The position numbers were made by a program, and so were the translations under genes. Below the pieces are notes generated by a model. The model worked only from the letters and a program-made list of their open reading frames with translations, did not search any database and was not told the origin of the DNA. Of a stretch of DNA of 64,000 bases, positions 45,189 through 54,489 are shown in pieces. The stretch covers positions 1,980-65,979 of the forward strand of contig CAVSNH010000014.1 in assembly GCA_963729275.1 (NCBI GenBank), in the 5' to 3' direction. Position 1 is the first letter of the stretch; each line of letters opens with the position of its first letter. The stretch comes from an uncultured Acidimicrobiaceae bacterium (GTDB lineage: Bacteria > Actinomycetota > Acidimicrobiia > Acidimicrobiales > RAAP-2).

Positions 45189-45593
45189 ATGTCGGGTCCA
45201 ACGAAGAGTGCTTACGCTCTCCCTGTTTTGCGGGTCCTATCCATCCTCGGCGGCGTAACCATGCTGATTTCCGTCTTAGTGCTCCACTGGCACGGTGGAA
45301 GTTCTTCAGGTGGTGCCTACAGCGTTGGCCGTGGTCTGTGGGGCGTGGGCGTGCGGCTTCCGTGGATTATTCCGCTCCTCGTGGCCTCGACCATGGCAGT
45401 CCTCTTGGCTGTCGTCCTCGACCGCAACCGATTTGGCGGGGCGGCGGTTGCCCTGACAGGTCTTGGTTCAATTGTGATCGTCATTACGCTCCATCGGACT
45501 GGGGCAGGACTTGTGGTTGCACTGATCGGGGGTTCTGCGCTTCTCGTTGCGGGATGCTTGGCTGCAGTGAATATTCAGAGTCACGCCGGATAG
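45189..45593 (+). CDS. hypothetical membrane protein (4 TM)
   Basis: 134 aa and hydrophobic throughout, with an AGGAGAG RBS. A 10-bp inverted repeat (45144-45153 / 45168-45177) lies just upstream. Confidence 0.6.
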   Translation: MSGPTKSAYALPVLRVLSILGGVTMLISVLVLHWHGGSSSGGAYSVGRGLWGVGVRLPWIIPLLVASTMAVLLAVVLDRNRFGGAAVALTGLGSIVIVITLHRTGAGLVVALIGGSALLVAGCLAAVNIQSHAG

Positions 45594-45699
45594 CCGCTCC
45601 GGTGCATAATCGGCGTTCGGGGCGCGTCAGCACTGCGAAGGGTGCCGAAGCTCTGGGAGCTACGCCAAGTACAAACAGCCGCTCTCCTGGCTCTGGGCA

Positions 45700-45960
45700 C
45701 ACAGCCTGGGAAGATGCGGACAAGCCACGACGTCTCCTTGGGAGCGGCATCCCCGAGATGAGGAACTACTGCATGTCATCGAAGGTCGGGTAGAGATCGA
45801 GGTCCTCACGGAGACAGGCCCCGTTGTCAACCTCGTGACGGAAGGGTCGATCTTCGTTGTCCCGCGGAACCACTGGCATCGACACCGTATTGTCGGAGTA
45901 GTCAAGGAGCTCTACTTAACGCCAGGTCCAACGGAGACATCCTTCGCTGAAGAACCCAGG
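45700..45960 (+). pseudogene. cupin-domain gene remnant lacking a start
   Basis: The frame reads ...WERHPRDEELLHVIEGRVEIEVLTETGPVVNLVTEGSIFVVPRNHWHRHRIV..., which is cupin motif 1 and 2. There is no ATG, GTG or TTG upstream in frame; the track only opens at an internal GTG at 45835. The boundaries are approximate. Confidence 0.4.
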
Positions 45961-46117
45961 ACGGAAGACAAGCCGACGCGAGGCCTGAGTAATCACCCAA
46001 GCTGTCGACTGGGTCACTGTTCCGGCGATGGGGGCAGCCCTTGCTTGTCACTGCGGCGGTGCCTAGCCCCGCTGGCTATCGCCCGGACCGATCGCAGAAC
46101 CTCGGCGACGACGCTTC

Positions 46118-46564
46118 CTACCCGGCGGTTGCGTTCAGGGCCCCCGCGATGTCATCGATGGCCGCCTGCTCGGGCTCGCTCACGTCTTGACCATGCTCCC
46201 GATGAGCAGCTACGACCTCGTGGGACAGCGTGACGATGAACTGGCGATATTCATCGACCTCTTCCGGCGTGGCCTTGCGCTCAAGCAAGGTGACTGCATC
46301 ACGCAAGTGTTGAAGTCCATGTTGCTTGAGCTCCTCAGGAGAGTGATAGTGCGTGCGATCTCGCTCCGGTTTAGCTGCGACGATCTCATCCAGAAGTTCG
46401 CTCTCACCGTGCTGGCGGCGTGCCTCGACATAGGCCTTGGCTATGGCAATGGTCTCGCGAAGGGAGCCTCCCCGCTGGGCAGTGACCACGATCATTCCAG
46501 CACTTGGCGGCGCTTCTAGGTTCAGCTGCCATTCCTCAGTCGTGAAGTCAGACTTCGAGGTCAC
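46118..46564 (-). CDS. hypothetical protein
   Basis: About 148 aa from a GTG preceded by GGAGG (VTSKSDFTTEEWQLNLEAPPSAGMIVV...). The sequence looks coding and helical, but no family was recognised. Confidence 0.5.
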   Translation of the reverse strand: MTSKSDFTTEEWQLNLEAPPSAGMIVVTAQRGGSLRETIAIAKAYVEARRQHGESELLDEIVAAKPERDRTHYHSPEELKQHGLQHLRDAVTLLERKATPEEVDEYRQFIVTLSHEVVAAHREHGQDVSEPEQAAIDDIAGALNATAG

Positions 46565-46887
46565 CACCAGCCTCCGATCTCTACGAATCGCCAATCCCCT
46601 CTTTGCACACACCGTAGCGACTGGGATTGCACGAGCATGCAGCATTGCGGCGTAAGCGAATCGCCCCTGACCTGGCGCTCAGGGGCAGCCATCTGAACTG
46701 CGTCTCGGATTGCGGGCACTTCGGAAATGAGGCGGGGTCCGGCGCTCGCGGCAGCAAGCATCTGGCCACTTGGATGCGAGAAGGGTGCCCCACCCATCCG
46801 GCAGCGGTAGAGGGCACCCTTGCAGCCCAGAGTGCCGGTCCACGATCGTCAAGGTGACCACTCGGCCAGCTCGTGCAACCATGAGGC

Positions 46888-47313
46888 ATGCACCGAACTG
46901 CTGAGTGCGCCTGCGGGCGCCTCACCGTGACTGTCCGTAGCGAACCACTGGCCATTGCAACGTGTCACTGCGACTTCTGCCAGAAGCGCACGGGCAGCGT
47001 CTTCCAGGTCGGAGCGTACTTCGCCGCTGGTGAGGAGCTGGAGGTGAACGGGGAGACGAAGGAATACAACGGCCTCGACCTCGATGGTGTTGGCAATGCC
47101 TCGGGGGACTCCGTGAGCTACTACTTCTGTCCGACATGTGGTTCAACCTTGTACTGGATCAAGGGAGGCGATAGCCCGATCATGGGTATGGCCGTCGGCA
47201 ATTTCGTTGACCCTGAATTCCCCGCGCCCGTCATGGAGGGCCACGAGGAGATGCGCCACCACTGGGTCTCGCCCGTCCCTGGCGCGGTTTCGATCAATCC
47301 GCACGGCACCTGA
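46888..47313 (+). CDS. GFA-family (glutathione-dependent formaldehyde-activating / CENP-V-like) protein
   Basis: 141 aa. Zinc-site pattern: CACG...CHCDFCQKRTG...CPTCGSTLYW. Confidence 0.85.
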   Translation: MHRTAECACGRLTVTVRSEPLAIATCHCDFCQKRTGSVFQVGAYFAAGEELEVNGETKEYNGLDLDGVGNASGDSVSYYFCPTCGSTLYWIKGGDSPIMGMAVGNFVDPEFPAPVMEGHEEMRHHWVSPVPGAVSINPHGT

Positions 47314-47508
47314 CCGAGCAGAGCCTCTGCAGGAGCAAATCGCGGTAGCTTCACTTGCCCCACGCCCGGTGATGTGAACTCACCCCCTCGGTACAACGAT
47401 GGTTCCGTGACCGACCGAGTCCAACTAAAGCGAGTGCGTTATCGGAAGGCTCCATTCTGGGTGCGAACCTGGAGAAACTGCATCTCGTAGGCGGATTGGT
47501 CGGACTGC

Positions 47509-47988
47509 ATGTTTTGCCCGACCCAAGGCACTGGCCTCGAGCGCACGGATACGTCGACCGGTGGTCTTGGTAAGGCTCCATCAACCTACTTCGCCCGAAC
47601 AATCCCAGTGCCCTGCCGTGTTCGGGAGCAGCGTTGGACTTGTTGGCGACCACTAGCATCGATCAACGTTGTGAGCCAACGCACGTTCACGGGAGTTCGC
47701 CTCTCCGTACCAACGGTATTTGGTGTCGTCGCCACCAGTTGGCCCTTCGCCCGAATCTCAATCGGGGACGATGGCGTGGAGCTCATCTCGACCTTTCCCC
47801 TCCGGTCGGAGTGGTACTCACCGCTCGACGAGATCACCTCGGTGAAGGTTGACGGACACAGAGTCCTTTTTGGTCGGACCGACGGCAGCAGCGCCTGTTT
47901 CAGGTTCTTCAGTTGGAGCCATGCTGTCCTAGTCTCCGCGCTCGTTGAGTGTGGGCTGCGAGTAGAGCACGTTGACAACGTCGTCTAG
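47509..47988 (+). CDS. hypothetical protein (only the C-terminal ~100 aa look coding)
   Basis: ORF from the track. ...SWPFARISIGDDGVELISTFPLRSEWYSPLDEITSVKVDGHRVLF... The start is unclear. Confidence 0.25.
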   Translation: MFCPTQGTGLERTDTSTGGLGKAPSTYFARTIPVPCRVREQRWTCWRPLASINVVSQRTFTGVRLSVPTVFGVVATSWPFARISIGDDGVELISTFPLRSEWYSPLDEITSVKVDGHRVLFGRTDGSSACFRFFSWSHAVLVSALVECGLRVEHVDNVV

Positions 47989-47999
47989 AGATCAGAAGC

Positions 48000-48614
48000 C
48001 AGGACCGACGCACGGTTCAGTTGACATTTCCAGACCGCTCAAGCGGGGACCACTCGTCAGGCCAACGGTCCGCGTTGTGGGACACCCCGATTAGTGAGAC
48101 TGCGGACTGGACCAAGCAAGGACGGAACGGAAATCCTTCCGTATCCGTCTACCTCTCACTCGTAACGCGCGCAGTTCCCTTCATGCCACCTGCACGATGT
48201 GTCAGATGGTGGAGGCGTGCCACCGCCTTCCTCTGTGGGCGGTCGGCGCTCTGAAGGCCTCCGACTCAGGGCGGCCCGGGCAGCCTCGACAGCGTCGAGG
48301 GGATCAGACTTACCTTGGTTCCGTCGAGCTTGGCGGTTGGGTCGGTCGACTTCGACCACCTTGATGCCTTGCCGACGGAGGAAGCGAGCCAGGGCCACCC
48401 CATAGGACCCAGTTCCCTCGACGCCGATCATGGTCACCTGGCCGAAGGTCTCGAGCCAGGCCAACAGGGCCTTGTAGCCGACGGCGTCAGCCTTGAACGA
48501 CTCGGTGCCGACCAGCCTTCCCAAAGGGTCGAGCGCCGCAGCAACGTGGGTGTCGAGGTGAGTATCGACACCACCCGTGATCCCGGGGGGAGCTTCTACG
48601 ATGGTCATGGCCAT
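48000..48614 (-). mobile_element. IS110-family transposase, 5' fragment
   Basis: MAMTIVEAPPGITGGVDTHLDTHVAAALD...GVEGTGSYG...KSDPLDAVEAARAAL is the DEDD N-terminal domain. The sequence decays after about aa 115-150, and the C-terminal domain is absent. The lower boundary is approximate. Confidence 0.65.
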
Positions 48615-48968
48615 CCCTTCTTTCCTTAAGCGGTTGAGGGGTGGCACGGCCGTCCTTGATCAGAGCGACGGGCGGTCGGGATTGTTCTAGCAATCCCGAC
48701 CAATCACCCAACCTCAGAGACGGGGCGTGCCGTTGTCAATGTCCACTGGAAGAGTTCGGACGACGACGCCCGAGGACGCCTCATGACTCCAAGTCAGGCC
48801 GAATCTTCCAGTGCTCCCGAAGCTATTGAGGACCAGCTGCGAGGCGGTGGATCCTGAAAGCAATTGTCATTGTTGTGGGATGCCCCGGTGCCTTTCGTTC
48901 GTGCGCCCTTATTCCGGACGATGGATACCAGACAAGCGACCGAGTACGTAGATTGACAGAATCTGTCC

Positions 48969-49382
48969 ATGCCATCGATTACGGGCTATCTGGCCCCAAC
49001 GCTCACCGTGACCAACCTGGCTAGAAGCGTCAGTTGGTATCGGGAAGTGCTGGACCTGACGATCGGTCGTGAGTATGAGCCTCCCGACAAACGCCAGCGC
49101 GACGCGTGTCTTTTAGAGCCACGCACGGGGCTCGAACTCTGCCTAGTGGAGTACTCCGGGGGTCCCCAGGACGCCTTCAACGAGTTCATACCTGGCCTGG
49201 ACCACCTTGAGTTCCTCGTCGCAGAGCGCACAGATCTGGACGAGTGGGCTCAGCGTCTCGATTCCCTGGGAATCGCCCATTCAGGTGTCAAGGAGCCTTG
49301 GTATACACGGAACGCGATGCTCACCTTCCGCGACCCTGACAACATCCAGCTCGAGTTCTTCTGGAGGGCACCGACCCGCTAA
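48969..49382 (+). CDS. VOC-family (glyoxalase/bleomycin-resistance/dioxygenase fold) protein
   Basis: 137 aa (LTVTNLARSVSWYREVLDL...GLDHLEFLV...FRDPDNIQLEFF). Confidence 0.85.
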   Translation: MPSITGYLAPTLTVTNLARSVSWYREVLDLTIGREYEPPDKRQRDACLLEPRTGLELCLVEYSGGPQDAFNEFIPGLDHLEFLVAERTDLDEWAQRLDSLGIAHSGVKEPWYTRNAMLTFRDPDNIQLEFFWRAPTR

Positions 49383-49531
49383 CTGTCCCACCTACCCGGC
49401 AGCGGTAGGGGGCAGTCTGTCTTTACAATTTGCGGGAGTTGTGGGTCCTTAAGACGAGACGACTCTTTGGGGCTACGTCGGTCGTCTCAATCTGTGACTG
49501 AGTCGAAGAAGAACTCGTTTGGAGTTGCGGT

Positions 49532-50866
49532 TCAACCGGAAACTGCGTAGAGCTTCCAGTTCCCCGGCACCCCCTTCAGCATGTGCTCACCTCGGTCATT
49601 GAACTCAATGCCCGAGCCAACCACGAGGTCCTTGACGGTGCCCGAGACAAGAACTTCGCTCGGTGAGGCCAAAGAACCGACGCGAGCTGCGATGTGAACG
49701 GCGAGGCCACCCAGATCGTTGCCCCTCACCTCACATTCACCGGTGTGGAGACCCATGCGCAGCTCGATACCGAGTGCTCGGGTGGCGTCGATGATCACCT
49801 GGCCACAACGGATGGCTCGAGCCGGACCATCGAAGGAAGCGACGAAGCCGTCTCCCGTCGTGTTGACCTCCCGACCTCGGAAGATCCGAAGCTGTTCGCG
49901 GACAATTTGGTCATGGCGATCCAATAAGGACCGCCACCGTTGATCACCCAGCGAGGCTGCACGTTCGGTTGATCCGACGATATCGGTGAAGAGTACAGAG
50001 ACGAGCGCTCGGTCGATATCGGTCACTGGTCTCGTGCCGGTCAAGAACTCGGCCACTTCGTCGAAGATCACGTCCTGCTGACTGAAGATCAACATGTCGT
50101 CGCCCGGCAGCGCGACGAACTTGGAGCCGTCAATGTGCTCAGCTACATAACGCCCATGAGCCATGGGCAGGAAGCTTGGATTGTCGGCGCTCAGGACCAG
50201 CGTGGGCGCTCGGAGGAGCGGGAGCACCGGGCGGACATCGAGGTTCCGAAGCAGGTAGTCGTATTGCGCGGCCGCGGTTCTTGGGGTGACCGACGACCGG
50301 AAGAGCCGAGCAAGGGCATCGCGGCGAACCGGGTCTTCCGGGCCAGCTGCACCAGCAAGCGAGAGAAACTCCGGCGTGCCCCAGTGGGTCCGGAGGAACT
50401 CGATGACGAAATCGAGCGCCTCGGGTGAGAAACCGATCGGATAGTCGTCAGCGACCAGATATCGGGCAGTGGTATTGCACAGCACCAGGGAATCGACCCG
50501 TTCGGGATGTGCAGCGGCGTAGAGGATCGCGATCGGGCCAGCATCGACCGTCGCGAGAATGGATGTCTGCTCGGACCCGACCGCGTTGAGGACGCTTTCG
50601 ATGTCTTCCGTCCACTCCTCCCATGTTGGTATGGCGTTACGCGGCACACCGTCAGATGCCCCTGTGCCTCGTCGATCGAGAAAGATCAAGCGGCGTAACG
50701 ACGCCAGCCGTCTGAGGAAGTCGGCAATGTCGGGGTCCTCCCACGCCATTTCGACGTTGCTGCCAAGCCCGTTGAAGAAGAGGAGGTCGGAAGGTCCCTC
50801 TCCGAGGACCTGGTAGGCAACGTCAGCATCCCCGACGGCCACGTACTTGGTATCCGGACGGCTCAT
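49532..50866 (-). CDS. alpha/beta-hydrolase domain fused to class III adenylate/guanylate cyclase domain
   Basis: Start moved to MSRPDTKYVAVG (M79 of the track ORF). The N-terminus has an alpha/beta-hydrolase fold. The C-terminal cyclase domain is VLFTDIVGSTERAA...NTTGDGFVASFDGP...LRMGLHTGECE...GLAVHIAARV. This architecture resembles mycobacterial Rv1900c-type proteins as recalled. Confidence 0.85.
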   Translation of the reverse strand: MSRPDTKYVAVGDADVAYQVLGEGPSDLLFFNGLGSNVEMAWEDPDIADFLRRLASLRRLIFLDRRGTGASDGVPRNAIPTWEEWTEDIESVLNAVGSEQTSILATVDAGPIAILYAAAHPERVDSLVLCNTTARYLVADDYPIGFSPEALDFVIEFLRTHWGTPEFLSLAGAAGPEDPVRRDALARLFRSSVTPRTAAAQYDYLLRNLDVRPVLPLLRAPTLVLSADNPSFLPMAHGRYVAEHIDGSKFVALPGDDMLIFSQQDVIFDEVAEFLTGTRPVTDIDRALVSVLFTDIVGSTERAASLGDQRWRSLLDRHDQIVREQLRIFRGREVNTTGDGFVASFDGPARAIRCGQVIIDATRALGIELRMGLHTGECEVRGNDLGGLAVHIAARVGSLASPSEVLVSGTVKDLVVGSGIEFNDRGEHMLKGVPGNWKLYAVSG

Positions 50867-51132
50867 GCGGCAAATAGTCTGGCTTGCAGTCCAGCTCGAT
50901 GTTGGAACTCTTCCTCGGCGAGGCCTTGCGCGCCACGAGCCATCGTCCTCAAGGCACACCGCCATGACGATGTGATGACACCGGGGGGCTGGAGCGATAT
51001 GGGCGGACCAATAAGACCTACCGGTCATCCCGGGGGACCCGCAATCGCAGGCATTACCGGACAGTGTCAGCCGTCGTAACATCTGGTGGAGTGCGGACAC
51101 ACCCGTCGATCCGATTCGCCTACGTTCGCGTA

Positions 51133-52035
51133 ATGGCCCCGGTGCTGCCGGCGACGCGCCGTCGCCAGCACGTCCACGATGACAGCCAGCGGTGGGAGCG
51201 ATTCACTCCGCGTCCGGACGACATCTTCATCACGACTCCGCCGAAGTCGGGGACGACATGGATGCAGGGCATCGTGGCTTCGCTGTTGTGGCCCCACGGC
51301 GACGCGCCTGCTCCCGCTTTCGACCTGAGCCCCTGGCTGGACGCCCGGATTGTTCCGTTGGACGACATGATCGCGAGGGTCGACGCGATCCCACACCGAC
51401 GGTTCATTAAGACGCACAGCCCAGCCGACTGCACGCCGATCTTCACTGAGTGCCGCTACCTCGCCGTCTATCGAGACGGGCGCGACGCGCTCGTCTCATT
51501 TGCAAACCACCGGCGCAAGATGCGGCCGGAAGTGATTAGGGCCCTCAACGCCATTGCAGCCCGGGACGGCGTCGCACCATGGCCACCGGTGTGGGATGGC
51601 GACATGGACCAACTGTTCGACGAATGGGTCGACTGGGGGACGCCCATGGAACACCTGGCGTCGTGGTGGCCGAATCGCCACGAGCCGTTCGTGCTGCTCG
51701 TCCACTACGCCGACCTCATCCGCGACCTCGGCGGCGAGATGCGGCGCATCGCCGACTTTCTCGACGTCGACATCCCCACTGCGCTCTGGAGCGAGGTCGT
51801 AGAGCGGTGCAGGTTCGAGGCGATGAAGTCACAACATGAAGCATCGGCGATCCTAAAACAAGCCTTTCCCGAAGGCGCGACTGCATTCTTCAACCAGGGG
51901 ACGAACGGGAGGTGGCGCGCCCAGCTCAGTGAGGCGCAACTTCGTCGACACGAGCAACTCGCCGCCGAGCGCCTTCCCGAAGATGCCGCCCTGTGGCTCG
52001 AGCATGGTTCCCTCGCCCTGGGTGTGCTGCTCTGA
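51133..52035 (+). CDS. PAPS-dependent sulfotransferase-domain protein
   Basis: 5'-PSB loop TTPPKSGTTWMQ and 3'-PB region RRFIKTHSP. The start is either ATG 51133 or the upstream GTG 51064. Confidence 0.8.
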   Translation: MAPVLPATRRRQHVHDDSQRWERFTPRPDDIFITTPPKSGTTWMQGIVASLLWPHGDAPAPAFDLSPWLDARIVPLDDMIARVDAIPHRRFIKTHSPADCTPIFTECRYLAVYRDGRDALVSFANHRRKMRPEVIRALNAIAARDGVAPWPPVWDGDMDQLFDEWVDWGTPMEHLASWWPNRHEPFVLLVHYADLIRDLGGEMRRIADFLDVDIPTALWSEVVERCRFEAMKSQHEASAILKQAFPEGATAFFNQGTNGRWRAQLSEAQLRRHEQLAAERLPEDAALWLEHGSLALGVLL

Positions 52036-52415
52036 CTTCGCCCCAACCTCGGGCGGTAGTGATGGTCTGATTTGGTTCACCCCGGGGCCGCCACCCGAGG
52101 GGGCCACCAGGAGCCGCAGCAGTCCGGAGGACAAAGACCCAACCATTGATCTGAATCTGCGGATCGACGACCTACGCGCACTGGGGGGCCGTCCCGGGCG
52201 GTCGCCCTGGGTCTGATCCACGGGTGAAGACACTCGCCCCGATAACGCTGGACTCACCATCCCCGAAGACCGGCCTGCCCCTGGCCCACTCGTGCCTGGC
52301 GTGGGACAAGCAATAGGTCGCTGGCAAGGTGTCCAATCCTGCGTCCCCACCGTGCCCAGGTCGTGGGTGTAGCGGTTCCGAAGACTGTTCCCACCCTCCC
52401 GGTAATTTTCGTCTC

Positions 52416-52739
52416 ATGGTCACCACAGCGCCGGTTCTGGCCCCCGGCTTCTACGTCGAGGAGGGTCGGTGCTGGCGGATGGTCGACGACGGTGTCGGCC
52501 ACGCCTCCCACTGTCGGGTGCCCGCCGGCTGGACGGGCGGCTACGTCAACCCGAAGGACCGGCGGTGGCAAGTCTGGAGCTGCCAGGAGCACCTCGACGA
52601 GCTGGCGGACGTGAGGACGTGGGGCCTACAACCTCAGCAGCCTGAGGGTCCTCTCCAGCTCCTTGTTGCTCCCTCGGTACATCCACGCCGGACGTACCGC
52701 TTAGACAGCGCACCCACCACTACGGGGTCAGATTGTTGA
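52416..52739 (+). CDS. small Cys/His-rich hypothetical protein, copy 1
   Basis: MVTTAPVLAPGFYVEEGRCWRMVDDGVGHASHCRVPAGWTGGYVNPKDRRWQVWSCQEHLDELADVR... The first ~67 aa are shared with copy 2 at 53700. The true stop may be earlier, because the tail overlaps the repeat fragment on the other strand. Confidence 0.45.
   Translation: MVTTAPVLAPGFYVEEGRCWRMVDDGVGHASHCRVPAGWTGGYVNPKDRRWQVWSCQEHLDELADVRTWGLQPQQPEGPLQLLVAPSVHPRRTYRLDSAPTTTGSDC
52622..52712 (-). repeat. ~90-bp copy of the 3' end of the small ORF at 44712-44898
   Basis: Exact shared blocks are CTCCAGCTCCTTGTTGCTCCC (52653-52673 and 44739-44759) and CCGGACGTACCGCTT (52688-52702 and 44776-44790). This copy encodes ...SKRYVRRG / MYRGSNKELERTLRLLRL-stop. 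Confidence 0.7.
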
Positions 52740-53565
52740 CGCAGGTATTCCCGTCGTTGTTGCTGTTCGTCCCGTCGGGACATGTCGTGTTGCTCCACGT
52801 GTCGAAGGACAGTTCACCCGCAGTAACGACCGTCCCGCCAAGGTTGGCATTGGTCAGGTTGGCGTTGACCAACTCGGTGTTAATCAAGATGGCGCTGTTG
52901 ACGTCAGCACCGGTCAGGTTGGCGCCGTTGAGGCTAGCGATGGATAGATTGGCGCCGTTCAGGGCGGCGTCGGTCAGGTTGGCATTGTCCAGGCCAGCGT
53001 CGGTCAGGTTGGCGGTGGACAGGATGGCTTGAGTCAGGTTGGCGTCCTCCAAGGTCGCATTGGTCAGGTTGGCGCCGGGTAGATCGGCGTTTTGCAAATT
53101 GGCGGAGACATTCGATTGATCCTCGTTCAAGGCCGCGTCGCTCAAATTGGCCCCCGAGAGGTTGGCGCTGTTCAGGTTGGCTCCATCGAGGTCGGCTCCG
53201 ACCAGGTCGGCGCCGACCAGGTTGGCGGCCGGGAGGTTGTCGTCGGCCAGGGTGCAGTCGGCAAGGTCGACTCCGGCATAGGGCGTCACCGAACAGTCAT
53301 AGGTGACGCCATTGGGGCCCGGAGGACCCTGGGCGCCCGCAGGACCTTGGGCGCCCTCAGGACCCTGAGAGTCCCAGGAGATCAACTGCTTTCCCCCAGT
53401 ACAGGTCGGAGCCGAAGTCCCCACCTTGGACAGGGCACCGTGGGACGACAGGCAGGCGTAGTAAGTGGTGTTGGGACCTCCGGCCGCAGCCTGAACTCCG
53501 AAGGTCAACCCAAGCCCGAGGCCCGCTCCAACCACGAGCGCGAGCAAAAGCCGCAGTTTGGTCAT
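52720..53565 (-). CDS. secreted pentapeptide-repeat protein with short collagen-like (G-X-Y) segment
   Basis: Start at MTKLRLLLALVV, with a GGGAGGTGGGGAG RBS. Signal peptide, then YYACL...CTGGKQLISW, then GPEGAQGPAGAQGPPGPNG. About 30 A(D/N)LxG-type pentapeptide repeats follow, with a Cys-containing C-terminal cap. Confidence 0.85.
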   Translation of the reverse strand: MTKLRLLLALVVGAGLGLGLTFGVQAAAGGPNTTYYACLSSHGALSKVGTSAPTCTGGKQLISWDSQGPEGAQGPAGAQGPPGPNGVTYDCSVTPYAGVDLADCTLADDNLPAANLVGADLVGADLDGANLNSANLSGANLSDAALNEDQSNVSANLQNADLPGANLTNATLEDANLTQAILSTANLTDAGLDNANLTDAALNGANLSIASLNGANLTGADVNSAILINTELVNANLTNANLGGTVVTAGELSFDTWSNTTCPDGTNSNNDGNTCVNNLTP

Positions 53566-53699
53566 CTCCCCACCTCCCGCCGGAGGAACCCCTGTCCGCC
53601 GACGCCAACAGCCTGACACAAGCTGCTCGGGAGAGCCCTGCCAACGTCGCGGGTGTGACCTCTCGGGGCCGTTCCTCACCCTCCGGCTAGCTTCCCGTC

Positions 53700-54018
53700 A
53701 TGGTCACGACAGCGCCCGTTCTGGCCACCGGCTTCTTCGTCGAAAAGGGCCGGTGCTGGCGGATGGTACGGAGTGGCGTCGGGCATTCCAACCACTGTCA
53801 GGAGTCCGCATGCTGGACAGGCCGCTATACGAACCAAGGGCAGGCGCTGGACTGTATGGAGCTGCCAGGACCACCTCGAGGGGCTCGACGACGTGCGGTT
53901 GTATCCGTTAATCCCCATGTGGCGGCGGGTCAACCTCGGGGGCGAGTCGCCGACGGCAAGGGCGTCGAATTGCGTGGACACCTGTTGCTTTATGAGTTCC
54001 TATCGCCGAGAGTGTTGA
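53700..54018 (+). pseudogene. small Cys/His-rich ORF, copy 2, frameshifted
   Basis: MVTTAPVLATGFFVEKGRCWRMVRSGVGHSNHCQESACWTGRYTNQG is followed, in the frame of ORF 53773..54018, by RRWTVWSCQDHLEGLDDVR. Alignment to copy 1 shows 2 nt missing near 53835-53845. Confidence 0.45.
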
Positions 54019-54489
54019 CGGGTCCAGTTTGCCGCCGCTTTGCGGACGGCCGAAAGGGACCCGACCCGCCCGAGCTACTGGCCGATATCTGACCCGACCC
54101 CCTGGCGTCGAGTCGGCGCTTTGCTCGTGTGGATGGTCCGGAGACCCCCCTATGCCGAAGGCGAGGCTCCGGACGCATTTTGCCGTCAGGGGTGAAGGAC
54201 TGTCAGGTGAGTGTTCAAGCCCAGGCGACGCCACGAATCCGCGTCACGGCGGCCGTGGGGCTCGATGTCCCTGAGTGTCCTAATCGAGCGGCAACCCTGA
54301 CCCGACGTTTCCAAACCGTCCAGAGGGGGTAGCTGATCTGCCTCCTCAGTTATTGCATGTGGCCGGCCCCGGCTCCCGCCGGGGTCGGTTCGCGTAGGCT
54401 GACCTTCCTGCCCTAACCGGCCCTCGGCCCGACCGCCGGGGGTCGGTTCGCGTGTCATCCCACTATCGACGTCCCGCCGACCATACGAT

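Noticed and set aside
49532-50866. Pycsar/CBASS-like defence cyclase.
   Set aside because: The class III cyclase domain is fused to an alpha/beta hydrolase, as in housekeeping mycobacterial cyclases. No TM, TIR or other effector gene follows it. The neighbour is a divergently transcribed sulfotransferase.
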